Assembly: GCA_965248355.1 (NCBI GenBank)
Contig: OZ252098.1
Span: forward strand, 1,376,001-1,440,000
Direction: 5' to 3'
DNA from: Candidatus Latescibacterota bacterium
Lineage (GTDB): Bacteria > Latescibacterota > UBA2968 > UBA8231
DNA: 64,000 nt
Part shown: positions 39,251-49,354 of the stretch, in pieces
Numbering within the stretch: position 1 is the stretch's first letter
How the letters are laid out: every line of letters begins with the position of its first letter
Position numbers and translations under genes: made by a program
The notes under the pieces: generated by a model
Told to the model about the DNA's origin: nothing
Database searches by the model: none
What the model saw: only the letters and a program-made list of their open reading frames with translations

Positions 39251-40411
39251 TTAGAAGGAGTCCTTCACGTCCATGGTCCGGGACGGCCCCTCCTTGACCC
39301 TGGAGGTGGCCACGCGCTTCTGCAGCTCGTCGTAGTAGAGGTCGGCGTCGACGGGGATATCGACCCAGCTGTCGGTCCAGGTGGACAGGAGCATGGCGTT
39401 GAACAGCTCGACGCTGTGGATGCCGTCGAGGCCGGGGGCCAGCAGCTCGGTCTCGCCGCCGTCGCGGATCGACTGTACCCAGTTGGCCGTGATCGTCCGG
39501 TGCTCGCCGTCGCCGCCAGCGGGCGGCACCTGGCAGGTCCACACGTCGGGGCTGCCGAAGCCGCCGGGGTACTCCTTGAGAAAGCGGCTCACCGACTGCT
39601 CGGTGCGGTGGAAGACGATGCCGCCGTCCTCAGCGACGATCTTGCCGCGGTCGCCGGTGATCTCGAGGCGGTTGGTCCCCGGGGCGTCGCCGGTGCCGGT
39701 GACGAAGACGCCCGTGGCGCCGTTGGGGTACTCGACGAAGGCGGTGACGTCGTCCTCCACCTCGATGTCGTGGTGCTTGCCGAAGTAGCAGAAGCCCCGC
39801 AGGCGCGAGGGCATGCCGCAGACCCACTGCCACAGGTCGAGGTTGTGGGGGCACTGGTTGGCGAGCACGCCCCCGCCCTCGCCGGCCCAGGTCGCCCGCC
39901 AGCCGCCGGAGTCGTAGTAGCTCTGGGCGCGGAACCAGTTGGTGATGATGTAGTTCGTGCGCTGGATCTCCCCTAACTCGCCGGAGGAGACCAGCTCCTT
40001 CAGCTTCCGCGTCTGGCCGCGGGCCCGCTGGTTGAGCATCAGGGCGAAGACCGTCCCCGCCTTCTCGGCGGCGGCGTTCATCTGTTTCACCTGGCGCGTG
40101 TACACGCCCGCGGGCTTCTCCGACATGACGTGCAGGCCGGCCTCGAAGGCGGCCACGGCGATGGGCGGGTGCAGGTAGTGGGGGGTGGCGATGAGCACGG
40201 CGTCGATCTCGCCCGATCCGATCATCCCCTCCGGGGTGTCGAAGCGCTTCACGCCGTCGCCCAGGCTGCTCTCGGCCCACGCGAGCCTCTCGGGGCTGGC
40301 GTCGGCCACCGCGGCGAGCCGGCCCGCCGGGATCTGCCCCTTCGAGAGGTACTCGCAGTGATTGCCCCCCATGCCGCCGATGCCGGCGACGCCGATCCGT
40401 ACCTCGTCCAT
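39251..40411 (-). CDS. Gfo/Idh/MocA oxidoreductase
   Basis: GIGGMG, IATPHY.H, HVMSEKP, GGGVL.NQCPHNLD. Confidence 0.92.
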   Translation of the reverse strand: MDEVRIGVAGIGGMGGNHCEYLSKGQIPAGRLAAVADASPERLAWAESSLGDGVKRFDTPEGMIGSGEIDAVLIATPHYLHPPIAVAAFEAGLHVMSEKPAGVYTRQVKQMNAAAEKAGTVFALMLNQRARGQTRKLKELVSSGELGEIQRTNYIITNWFRAQSYYDSGGWRATWAGEGGGVLANQCPHNLDLWQWVCGMPSRLRGFCYFGKHHDIEVEDDVTAFVEYPNGATGVFVTGTGDAPGTNRLEITGDRGKIVAEDGGIVFHRTEQSVSRFLKEYPGGFGSPDVWTCQVPPAGGDGEHRTITANWVQSIRDGGETELLAPGLDGIHSVELFNAMLLSTWTDSWVDIPVDADLYYDELQKRVATSRVKEGPSRTMDVKDSF

Positions 40412-40443
40412 CCTGTCTCTCCTGTTTTCTTCCGGTGGTCAGG

Positions 40444-41334
40444 TCAGCCGGCGGCGGAGCCGAGGCGCCCCGGCGCGCCGACGGGTTGGCCGGAACGGCA
40501 GACGACCGGGAAATGGGGTCCCGCCCCGGCCATGGGAGCCCCGTCCGGCAGCTCGACGAACTGCTTCATCACGTGGTTGCCGCTGGCGTCGTAGCGGGCC
40601 TCGCCGGTCATGTAGTGGATGGCGATCGCCCGCCGCGGACGCCCCGAGGTGTTGGGGGGCGAGCCGTGCCAGGTCAGGGAGTGGTGGAAGGAGATCTCCC
40701 CCCGCCTCACCGGCCAGGGCCGCGGCTTCACCTGCGTCACGTCGGTGCCGTCGGGCGGCTCGAAGGCCTCGATGGCCGAGAAGTCGGCCAGGCTCTCCAG
40801 GTGGCGCTGGGTGCGCAGGAACTCGATCTGGTTCCCCCACCGGTGGCTGCCGGGAACCATCCACATGCAGCCGTTCTCCTCGTCGGCGTCGTCCATGGGG
40901 ATCCACGCCGAGACCGGGGTCATGGGCTTGATGATCGGCCACAGGGGCGCGTCCTGGTGCCAGTTGGTGGGCCCCCCCGCCGCCGCCGGCTTGTACTGGA
41001 TCTGGTCGTGCCACACCTGCAAGTCCCGCTGCCCCGTGAGCTGACTGACCGCCTTGACGATGAAGGGATGGTAGATCAGGCGCTCGAAGGCCGGCGAGGC
41101 CTCCCAGATGTTGACGATCTGCCACACCGGCGACGGGCTGACCCCTCCGCCCCGGGACTTCATGTCGTGGAACAGCACCGGCCGCGGCTGCCCGTCGGCG
41201 AAGCCGTCGGGGCCGATCTCCAGGATCGCCTCCAGGCCCTCGGTGATCTCGTCGACCTCGCTCTGCCGCAGGACGGGTCCGCTGTTGAGGAACCCGTCCT
41301 GGTGGAACCGTTCGATCTGTTCGGGAGTGAGCAT
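40444..41334 (-). CDS. Phytanoyl-CoA dioxygenase (PhyH) family protein
   Basis: MLTPEQIERF..DG, WHQD, W..MDDA..ENGCM..VPGSH, HH.LTWHGS..N.S.RPRRA. Confidence 0.92.
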   Translation of the reverse strand: MLTPEQIERFHQDGFLNSGPVLRQSEVDEITEGLEAILEIGPDGFADGQPRPVLFHDMKSRGGGVSPSPVWQIVNIWEASPAFERLIYHPFIVKAVSQLTGQRDLQVWHDQIQYKPAAAGGPTNWHQDAPLWPIIKPMTPVSAWIPMDDADEENGCMWMVPGSHRWGNQIEFLRTQRHLESLADFSAIEAFEPPDGTDVTQVKPRPWPVRRGEISFHHSLTWHGSPPNTSGRPRRAIAIHYMTGEARYDASGNHVMKQFVELPDGAPMAGAGPHFPVVCRSGQPVGAPGRLGSAAG

Positions 41335-41502
41335 CGGGCAAGTGTACGCCGGCGGGATGAGATCTTCAATCGCCCAGCGGGCACCCTTGTATCCCCCGTG
41401 GCGCGGCCCTTCGTTCTTCCGCGCGCGGGGACCGGCGCCGCGGGGGATCGCACCCCGGACGGACGCCCCACCCTCTCCCCCATTCCAGATGGAAGGCCTC
41501 CC

Positions 41503-43449
41503 GTGACCGAATCGGACTGGCTCCGCTACATGTTGCCCCTGCCCCGGCAGGTGTCGATCCCGGGCTCCGTGAGTCGCTCTCGAAAGGCGGTCCGGGTGAC
41601 CGCCGCCGGACCGGCCGACGAGGTCCTGGAGGAGGCCGTGGATCTCCTCACCGAGGCGGTGGGCCACCGCTGCGAGGGGGAGGCGCAGCTGACGATCACC
41701 CTCGGCCGGATCGGTGATCTCGAGGCCGTGCCGGATGAGCGCCTGGCCGGTGCCCGCAACCCCGGGCAGGCGTACGTGATCACCGCTCCCTCGGAGGGCG
41801 AGATCGTCATCGCCGGGGGCTCGAGCGTCGGCGCCCTCTACGGCGCGGTCACCCTGGCTCAGTTGCTGGACGCATCGGCCGGCGCCGACCCCGTCGAGGC
41901 GCCCCTCGCCGAGATCGTCGACTGGCCGGAGATGGAGGAGCGCGGCGTCTGGAACTATCCCGACGCGCCCCGCTGGGTCCCGTGGATGGCCGGCCTCAAG
42001 CTCAACTACGGGAAGATGGCCGGCACCTCCCTCGGCCAGGTGGAGCGCGGCCGGCCGGTTGCGGCAGAGATCGACGCCGACCTCATGGTGCGCGCCCGGC
42101 GGCGGGGATTCGCCTACGTCCCCTTCATCTCGCACCTGAACTTCCTCCACGACAGCGGGATCTTCCGCGCCTGGCCGGAGCTGGCCGGCCAGGGGGACGC
42201 CGCCCTGGCGGGGCGCTACTTCGCTCACAAGGAGGGCAACCAGCACCGGGCGCCCTGCGCCTCGCAGCCGGTCCTCGTCGACCTGCTGGCCGAGTGGATG
42301 CTCTCCATCGCCGAGCAGGGGGCCGGCGAGATCAGCTGCTGGCTCAGCGAGCGCCCCTGCCAGTGCCAGTGCGAGCGCTGCACGCCCGTGGGCCAGTTCG
42401 TGCTGGAGACCCGCGCCTTCGTCGCCGCCTGGCAGCGCGCCCGCCAGCGCTTCCCGGGCCTGGTGATCCGCATCTTCTCCTCCACCACCACCCCGGAGCA
42501 GGACGACCGCGTCCTGGCCGAGCTGCCGGAGGAGGTGCGCTTCGAGCGCGCCTGCGCCACGGCCATGGAGCGCTGGCGCAACCTGCCGCGGGACCGCTTC
42601 GCCAACCCCTGCCTCGACGCGGCCGCCGCCGCCGGCCGCTGGATCGCCAGCTACGACGTGCCGCTGCAGGCCTACGGCAACGTCGACACGCCGGAGTTCA
42701 AGGTGCCCCAGTTCTCGGCCCAGCGGGTGCGGGACTTCGTGGCGCAGCTGGCGCGGCGGGGATACGCCGGCGCCTACGGCATGATGGCCTGGAGCAACAT
42801 GACCCGCGAGACCAGCGGGCTCTGCGTCTGCGCCCTGGCCGAGTACGCTTGGAACCCCGGCGGCCGCGGCGTCCGGGAGTTCGCCGAGGCCTGGGCCACT
42901 CGCGAGGGCTTGTCGGACCCGGCCGCCGTCGGCGCCTGGGCGGAACTGATAGGCGAGGTCGAGTTCGACGTCTACGACTCCGACTTCCCCATGTGCTGGT
43001 CCTGGGGGCACGCGGCGGCCATGGTCGAGGAGGGGCAAGCGCCGCGCTTCGGCGACGGCATGTTCCGCCACTTCTCGGACGAGGAGGACTTCGAGCGAAA
43101 GCTGGAGACCTGCCGGAGGGCGGCCGAACTGGTGGAGGGGTTGGAGCGCGGGGACCTGGCGCTGGCCACGGAGGTGGTGGGCTCGTACGTGGCCCTGATC
43201 CGCGCGGTCTGGAGGATCGCCCACGAAATGGCCCACGCCGACCGGACTTCGGAGGCCGGTCAGCGCGGGCTCATGAAGGGCGTGGAAGAGCTGGAGGAGG
43301 CCGGCGAGGCCAACGTCGAGGCCATCCGGGCCTGGCGCTCGCACTTGGGGCCGGAGCCGTGGAACCAGCGGGTCCACGACGCCATGGCCGGCACCCGCGA
43401 CACGGTGCGGCGCATCGCCGGCCACGTCCGCGACCGCTACATCTACTGA
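41503..43449 (+). CDS. Hypothetical glycoside-hydrolase-like protein with a GH20 domain-2-like N-terminus
   Basis: LPLPRQ, QAYVI, G....GALYG..TL.QL, I.DWP....RG; CQCERC; GTG start at 41503. Confidence 0.6.
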   Translation: MTESDWLRYMLPLPRQVSIPGSVSRSRKAVRVTAAGPADEVLEEAVDLLTEAVGHRCEGEAQLTITLGRIGDLEAVPDERLAGARNPGQAYVITAPSEGEIVIAGGSSVGALYGAVTLAQLLDASAGADPVEAPLAEIVDWPEMEERGVWNYPDAPRWVPWMAGLKLNYGKMAGTSLGQVERGRPVAAEIDADLMVRARRRGFAYVPFISHLNFLHDSGIFRAWPELAGQGDAALAGRYFAHKEGNQHRAPCASQPVLVDLLAEWMLSIAEQGAGEISCWLSERPCQCQCERCTPVGQFVLETRAFVAAWQRARQRFPGLVIRIFSSTTTPEQDDRVLAELPEEVRFERACATAMERWRNLPRDRFANPCLDAAAAAGRWIASYDVPLQAYGNVDTPEFKVPQFSAQRVRDFVAQLARRGYAGAYGMMAWSNMTRETSGLCVCALAEYAWNPGGRGVREFAEAWATREGLSDPAAVGAWAELIGEVEFDVYDSDFPMCWSWGHAAAMVEEGQAPRFGDGMFRHFSDEEDFERKLETCRRAAELVEGLERGDLALATEVVGSYVALIRAVWRIAHEMAHADRTSEAGQRGLMKGVEELEEAGEANVEAIRAWRSHLGPEPWNQRVHDAMAGTRDTVRRIAGHVRDRYIY

Positions 43450-43474
43450 AAGCGGCGGCGGACGCCGGCCGGGA

Positions 43475-43912
43475 TCAGCCGGCCACGGCGGCGTGTATCT
43501 CCGTCCAGTCGTCGAGGTTGTTGAGGTTCACCGCGTCCTTGATCGAGCCGTCGTCGGCGACCCCGGCGGCCGACAGGATGGCGCCGCGGGTGTCGTCGTC
43601 GTGGTCGTAGCCTCGGATGGCGGCGTTGGAGGCCTCGATCTCCCCCTGGGGGATGCTGCCGCCCCGCTGCTGAACGACCCAGGCCTCGAACTGGGCATAG
43701 GTGGGCAGGTTGGACTTGATGTAGCCCACGGCCGCGTCGCGGTCGACCGACAGCCCGTCGAGGACCATCTGGTCGAAGCCCTGTCCGCACTCGTCGTACC
43801 CGTCCTCGAGCTGTCCCTTGGCGCTCAGCAGTACCTTCGACCACAGCCTCGGCAGGTGGATGGCCCCGAGGGGACCGGCCAGGTCCGAGCTGATCAGCGG
43901 AATCGTGCCCAT
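43475..43912 (-). CDS. DUF5069-like protein
   Basis: GPLG.IHLPRLW.K, GY...G.GFD...L, LNNLDDW; GGAGG RBS before ATG 43912. Confidence 0.6.
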   Translation of the reverse strand: MGTIPLISSDLAGPLGAIHLPRLWSKVLLSAKGQLEDGYDECGQGFDQMVLDGLSVDRDAAVGYIKSNLPTYAQFEAWVVQQRGGSIPQGEIEASNAAIRGYDHDDDTRGAILSAAGVADDGSIKDAVNLNNLDDWTEIHAAVAG

Positions 43913-44049
43913 AATGGTTCCTCCGGTGTGAGTGGGGCGGAGAAATAGGGCGGCCCGGTCGCGGGCGTCAAGCATCGGGCTTGCCGGGCACGCGGCAGCC
44001 TGCTATGGTGCACGCAACCCGATATCGACCCGACACCAGGAGCGCGGAC

Positions 44050-45030
44050 ATGCACGCCGGCACCCAGCAGTTCAACACCAGCGATCACGATCTCGAGTTC
44101 CTCGCCCGCCACGGGGTGACCGCCAAGAGCGAGAACCACATCACCTTCCACCGGGAGTTCGGGTGGGACGTGAAGGAGCTGATCGAGAAGAAGGAGAAGT
44201 GCGCCCGCTTCGGCGTCGACCTGGAGATGGTGGCCATCCCCGTCCACTCCCTCGGCGTCGACGGCTGCAGCACTCCCAACTACATGCGCGGCCGGTACGA
44301 CGAGGGCGACCAGGAGATCGAGCTGGTCTGCAACATGATCCGCCAGGCCGCCGAAGCCGGCATCCCGGCGGTGAAGTACTTCCTGTGCGAGATGGAGAAC
44401 CAGCGCACCGAGTCGACGCCCCCGGGACGGGGCAACTCACAATACAGCACCTGGAACCTGGAGAAGGCCGACGACTCGCCGCGCTACGACGAGCCGGTCA
44501 CGGCCGAGCAGAACTGGGAGCGCATCACCCATTACCTGGAACGCGTCGTGCCGGTGGCCGAGGAGTGCAAGGTGCGCATGGCCTGCCACCCCTGCGACCC
44601 GTGGCTGCCGCCGGGCTTCAAGGGCGTCGACCGCGTCCTCGGGGGCCCCGAGGGCTTCCGGCGCTTCATCACCATCTGCGAGAGCGACTACCACGGCGTC
44701 AACCTCTGCCTGGGCTGCATGGCCGAGGCCTCCACCGACCCGCGCAACGAGGTGCCGGAGATCATCCGCTACTTCGGGTCGCGCGACAAGATCTTCCTCT
44801 GCCACTTCCGCAACATCGTCGGCGGCCGCAACAAGTTCCAGGAGGTGTGGCCGGACGAGGGCGTCATGAGCATGCACCGCAACATCGGCGCCCTGAATGA
44901 GGTGGGCTATCCGCACATGGTCGTGCCCGACCACGCCCCCGGCCACCCCGACTCCGACGGCTACCAGGCCTGGGCCTACGAGTTCGGCTACATCCAGGCC
45001 ATGATCCAGTCGGTGACCGACGAGGACTGA
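44050..45030 (+). CDS. uxuA: Mannonate dehydratase-like protein
   Basis: VVPVAEE..VRMACHP.DP, NLCLGC, HFRNI.G, F.E..PDEG, VPDH.P. Confidence 0.8.
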   Translation: MHAGTQQFNTSDHDLEFLARHGVTAKSENHITFHREFGWDVKELIEKKEKCARFGVDLEMVAIPVHSLGVDGCSTPNYMRGRYDEGDQEIELVCNMIRQAAEAGIPAVKYFLCEMENQRTESTPPGRGNSQYSTWNLEKADDSPRYDEPVTAEQNWERITHYLERVVPVAEECKVRMACHPCDPWLPPGFKGVDRVLGGPEGFRRFITICESDYHGVNLCLGCMAEASTDPRNEVPEIIRYFGSRDKIFLCHFRNIVGGRNKFQEVWPDEGVMSMHRNIGALNEVGYPHMVVPDHAPGHPDSDGYQAWAYEFGYIQAMIQSVTDED

Positions 45031-45052
45031 GCGCCCCGAGAGGCGCGGCTCT

Positions 45053-47590
45053 CTACAGAGCCGAGGCGCGCCTCGTCAGCTCGGCCCGGGCCTCGGCGAA
45101 GAGGGCGATCAGCCGCGCCCGCACCTCCTCGTCCCTGAACACGCCGATGCGCTCGGCCCAGGCGACGCCGCCCTCCATGTGGGTGAGCAGGTACTCCCCG
45201 TCGCCCTCCTCGAAGGCGCCCCTCCGGCCGACGTCGACGTAGACCGGCGACGAGTGGGCCATCACCGGCCCGGCGTCGGTGGCGTACGGCCCCCAGCAGC
45301 GGGCGGCGATCCAGCAGGGCTTGCCGCACTCGATCTCCGTCTTCAGGGTGATCGAGCGATCGCCCTCCCCCGCCGTCTCCCGCTCCCGGGGGACGCCGTT
45401 GACCACCAGCTCCACCGCGGTCAGGGGCCAGACGCTCCAGGCCCGGGCCTCCACCTCCACGGTGCCGCCGTTGCCGGGCAGGTCGAGCTGGCCGCCCATG
45501 GGCACGCCGTCGACGCGCAGGTCGATCATGGCGCCGGTGCTGGCGAAGGTCTGACCCGAGCGCACCGCCCGGCACCAGTTGTCGAAGGTGAACTCCCGGC
45601 CCTCGGCGAGGCGGGCATAGGTCCGCGAGCCGCCGAGGATGCGGCCGTTGGACATCTTGTCCGTGCCCCCGACGATGGGCAGCTTCTGGCCCACGTTCAG
45701 CCACCGGTAGTAGCCGCGCTCGCCCTGCCCGATCCGCTCGCCCTCCCAGATCCAGCACATCTCCGCGGCGTCGGCCTGGCCGAGGACGATGTTGGCGGCG
45801 TTCTCGAAGTCGGGGACCGGCATGTGGGGCATGATGACGAGGCCGCCCTGGGCGCGGCACTGCTCCGCCCAGTCCGCCATCAGCGCCTGGATCTCGCCGC
45901 CGACCCAGTCCTCCTGGGGGCCTCCCGTGCACATGGGCGCCACCAGTTCCCGCAGGCCGAGCAGGCTGATGTGGCCGAGCACGTGCTGGCGGTTCTCCTG
46001 GCTCACGTAGACGAGGTGGTTCTCCGTCGACGTGGGCGCCACGCCGCCGGTGAACTCCTCCCAGCTGGTGAACAGCCGCCCCCACTGGCTGGCCAGCAGG
46101 TGCACCACGTTCAGGTCCTCCCCCTCGGCCTCCAGCACGCTCGACTGGGAGGAGAGAAAGTGGACGTGGGTGTCCCCGGACCAGTAGCCCTCGGCCTTCA
46201 TGTCGAAGGCGCGCTGCACGGCCAGGGTCAGGTGCCGCTGCCCGGGCTTGATCTCCAGCTGCCGGCGCGCCGGCTCGTACTCGAAGCCGCGGGCCACCTC
46301 GACGAAGCTGGCCCCCACGGGCAGCTCGATCTGGCAGGTCCCGTCGATGTAGGCGTACGGGGTGCCTCCCGTCTTGCAGTCGCCGCCCATGTCCTCGAAC
46401 CAGGCGATGTTGACGTCGGCCTGGTGGCCGTGGGGGGCGAGGTAGACCCCCTCCTTCGAGCGGAAGTGGACGCGGCAGCCCACCGGGTCCCCCGTGTCGG
46501 CGTCGACGACGCGCACGTGCACCCACTGCCGGCCCTCGCCGTCCACCACCTGGACGCGCACGGGTCCGGACTCGGCCTCGCCCCGCTCCAGGACCTCGCC
46601 CCAGCGGAAGCCGGCGGCCGCCTCCCCCGAGGTCACCTCCAGGTTGGCCAGCGGCGAGCCGTGGACCTCGACCTGGCCTCCCGGGCCGACCTGCTGTCCG
46701 CCGCGGCCCCAGCCGGTCTCGTCGGTGGTCAGGAAGTCCGGGCCGGGAAGGAACAGGTCGTCCTGGCGCGCGATCACCCCCCGGTCCACGCCGACCTCCG
46801 GGGCTTCCTCGCCGCCCTCCACCGTCACCGCCACGGTGCGCCGCGCCTCCCAGTGGAAGGGGTCCTCCTGCTCCTGGCACAGGGTGACGGCGCCGAGGAC
46901 CAGGGGCGTGGGCGTCGCCGCCTCCAGGACCACCTCGGCGATCTCCGCCTCCGGGCTGGGCACGGCCAGGTCGAAGAGCCACCAGCCCGTCAGGTCGCCG
47001 CCCATGGCGCCCGTCCCGCCGGCGGGACGGCCGTCGGCCCGGTCGTAGCGCGAGTACACGCCCACCTGGGAGCCGCCGTACCCGAGGGCCGGCTCGTGGA
47101 GGCCCACGGAGTCGAAGTGCCGGCCGTTGCGGCACAGGAAGGGATGGTGGCCCCAGGGGGCGTTGATGTCGTGGATCTCCCAGCGCCGGCGCAGGGGCTG
47201 CGCGGACTCGGAGCCATCGGCGAAGCGGACGACGTAGCGGCCGAGGGCCTCGCCCGCCCCCTCGAGGGTGGCCCACTCCCCGTCCACGGGAGCGCAGGCG
47301 TGGGCGAAGAGCAGGCGGCGGGCCCGGGCGCCCACGGGGATGACCACCCGCGACTCGGCGGCCTCCCCGGCCGCGGCGACCACGAAGCGCCGCTCGGCGT
47401 CGGCTTTCGCCAGCTGGAAGGGGACGCCGAGGAAGAGGCACTCGCCGGCCGGCAGACCATCCAGAGGCGTGGCGTGCGGATCGTCGCCGGAGTGGGGCCA
47501 CAGCCAGCGCCCGCCGAGATCGATGTTCCCCGTGCCGGCGTTGCAGAGGCTCGTCAGGTCCAGAGGTTGGAAGGAATCGTTCATTGTCAT
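45053..47590 (-). CDS. CehA/McbA-family metallohydrolase
   Basis: RGFEY, WSGDTHVH, QENRQH.LGH, Y.WLN.G..LP..GGTDKM, AHSSPVYV. Confidence 0.85.
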   Translation of the reverse strand: MTMNDSFQPLDLTSLCNAGTGNIDLGGRWLWPHSGDDPHATPLDGLPAGECLFLGVPFQLAKADAERRFVVAAAGEAAESRVVIPVGARARRLLFAHACAPVDGEWATLEGAGEALGRYVVRFADGSESAQPLRRRWEIHDINAPWGHHPFLCRNGRHFDSVGLHEPALGYGGSQVGVYSRYDRADGRPAGGTGAMGGDLTGWWLFDLAVPSPEAEIAEVVLEAATPTPLVLGAVTLCQEQEDPFHWEARRTVAVTVEGGEEAPEVGVDRGVIARQDDLFLPGPDFLTTDETGWGRGGQQVGPGGQVEVHGSPLANLEVTSGEAAAGFRWGEVLERGEAESGPVRVQVVDGEGRQWVHVRVVDADTGDPVGCRVHFRSKEGVYLAPHGHQADVNIAWFEDMGGDCKTGGTPYAYIDGTCQIELPVGASFVEVARGFEYEPARRQLEIKPGQRHLTLAVQRAFDMKAEGYWSGDTHVHFLSSQSSVLEAEGEDLNVVHLLASQWGRLFTSWEEFTGGVAPTSTENHLVYVSQENRQHVLGHISLLGLRELVAPMCTGGPQEDWVGGEIQALMADWAEQCRAQGGLVIMPHMPVPDFENAANIVLGQADAAEMCWIWEGERIGQGERGYYRWLNVGQKLPIVGGTDKMSNGRILGGSRTYARLAEGREFTFDNWCRAVRSGQTFASTGAMIDLRVDGVPMGGQLDLPGNGGTVEVEARAWSVWPLTAVELVVNGVPRERETAGEGDRSITLKTEIECGKPCWIAARCWGPYATDAGPVMAHSSPVYVDVGRRGAFEEGDGEYLLTHMEGGVAWAERIGVFRDEEVRARLIALFAEARAELTRRASAL

Positions 47591-47609
47591 CCTTTCGGTT
47601 CGTGCCAGG

Positions 47610-48578
47610 TCATCCGGCTCCGAGCACTCGGGCATAGTGGTCCAGGGACAGGTTGCCGCCGCTGAGCACCCCCACCACCCGCCGTCCCGCCAGCCGCGGG
47701 CCCAGACGCGCCGCCGCCGCCAGGGGCGCCGCGGCCGCTCCCTCGGCCAGGAGCCGGGCGTCGCGGGCGTACCAGCGGATCGCCTCCTCGATCTCCTCGT
47801 CGGTCACGAGGACGAGGTCGTCGAGGTGGCGCCACAGGATCTCCATGGTCATCTCGAAGGGCACGCGCGTGGCCAGGCCCTCGTGGACGGTCCGCATCTC
47901 CGCCTCCACGTCGAGGCGGCGCTCCGACCAGGCCCGCCAGACCGCGGGGGCCGCGGCGGACTGCACGCCGATGACCTCGATCTCCGGGTTGCGGGCCTTG
48001 GCCGCCAGGCAGGTCCCCGCGGCCGCGCTGCCGCCGCCAACGGGCACGAGGATCACCTCCGTCCCGGGCGCGGCCTCGAGGATCTCCACGGCCATGGTGC
48101 CCGCCCCCGCGATCAGCTCGGGCTCGTTGGCCGAGTGCACGTAGCGTCGCCCCTCCCGCCGGGCCACCTCCTCCACCTCGACCCGCGCCTCGTCGAAGTC
48201 GCGGCCGTGGCGGCGCACCTCGGCGCCGAGGCGCTCCATGGCCTCCAGCTTGGCCGGGTTGGCGCCCTCGGCCGGGGCGTAGATCACCACCGAGGCGCCG
48301 AATCTTCCGCCGGCCCAGGCCATGGCCTGGCCGTGGTTGCCGGTGCTGGCGCTGATCAGGCCGCCGGCGAGCTCGGCCTCCGACAGACGCCCTACAAGGT
48401 TGACGGCGCCGCGGACCTTGAAGGCGCCCACGGGCTGGAAGCTCTCGCACTTGACGGCGTAGTCGCAGCCGAGCCGCTTCGACAGGGCCTCGCTGCCGAT
48501 CAGGGGCGTGGGCGCCAGGTGCTCCTTCAGGAAGGACCTGGCCGCGTCCACGTCGGCCGCCGTGGGAAGCCGGGTCAT
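47610..48578 (-). CDS. PLP-dependent threonine/serine dehydratase family protein
   Basis: KCE.FQP.GAFKVRG, ASTGNHGQ, VPVGGG, SGGN. Confidence 0.9.
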   Translation of the reverse strand: MTRLPTAADVDAARSFLKEHLAPTPLIGSEALSKRLGCDYAVKCESFQPVGAFKVRGAVNLVGRLSEAELAGGLISASTGNHGQAMAWAGGRFGASVVIYAPAEGANPAKLEAMERLGAEVRRHGRDFDEARVEVEEVARREGRRYVHSANEPELIAGAGTMAVEILEAAPGTEVILVPVGGGSAAAGTCLAAKARNPEIEVIGVQSAAAPAVWRAWSERRLDVEAEMRTVHEGLATRVPFEMTMEILWRHLDDLVLVTDEEIEEAIRWYARDARLLAEGAAAAPLAAAARLGPRLAGRRVVGVLSGGNLSLDHYARVLGAG

Positions 48579-49354
48579 GGCCGGTGCTCCCGGACCGCGG
48601 CCAGGGCTTCGGCCAGGTGGCGGCGGTAGAGGTCCAGGTCGAGGCCGACGGCGAGGATGCGGTAGCCCTTGTCGAGCAGCTCGCGAGCCTCCTCCGCGGT
48701 GGCGGCGAGGCGGCCCAGGGCCTTGCCCTCGGCCTCGCAGGCGCGGCGCACTTCCTCCTCGGCGGCCAGGTAGTCGGGGTGGTCGAAGAGGCCCGGGCGG
48801 CCGCTGAAGTTGGCCAGGTCGAACTGGCCGATCCAGAGGACGTCGATCCCCTTCACGGCGGCGATCTCCGGGGCGTTCCGGACCCCCCAGGGGCTCTCGA
48901 TCTGGGCGATCACGAGGGTGCGCTCGTCGGCCTGGCGCATCTTCTCTTCCAGCGCCTCGTCGGCGCGGTAGTCGTCGTGGGCGACGCCGAAGGCGGCTCC
49001 CCGGCGTCCGGCCATGGGGTAGCGGCAGAACCCGGCCAGGCGCCGGGCCTGGTCGGCGTCGTCGACCATGGGCGCCATGACGCCGAGGGCGCCGGCGTCG
49101 AGGACCCGCGCCGCGAAGTGGTACTCGGCGGCCGGGATGCGCACGAAGGGCACCGCGCCGGTCCCGCCGCAGGTGGCCACGAGGCCGCGGATCGTCTCCA
49201 TCGACCAGGCCGTGTGCTCCATGTCGAAGAGCACGAACTCGGCGCCGGCGTTGTCGGCGAGGCGGGCCACGCCGGTGGTCCCGAACTCCATCACCATGGT
49301 GCCGAAGGACCGGCCGCCCTCCAGCAGGCGGCGCTTGACGGGGTTCTCTCTCAC
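48575..49354 (-). CDS. HpcH/HpaI aldolase family protein
   Basis: FDMEH, VLDAGA.GVMAPMV, RYP..GRRG, QIES, IDVLWIGQFDL; GTGA overlap. Confidence 0.9.
   Translation of the reverse strand: MRENPVKRRLLEGGRSFGTMVMEFGTTGVARLADNAGAEFVLFDMEHTAWSMETIRGLVATCGGTGAVPFVRIPAAEYHFAARVLDAGALGVMAPMVDDADQARRLAGFCRYPMAGRRGAAFGVAHDDYRADEALEEKMRQADERTLVIAQIESPWGVRNAPEIAAVKGIDVLWIGQFDLANFSGRPGLFDHPDYLAAEEEVRRACEAEGKALGRLAATAEEARELLDKGYRILAVGLDLDLYRRHLAEALAAVREHRP

Noticed and set aside
40435..43449. Two overlapping ~1000-aa ORFs on opposite strands
   Set aside because: These are stop-poor high-GC extensions. The real genes are divergent: PhyH 40444-41334 (-) and 41503-43449 (+).
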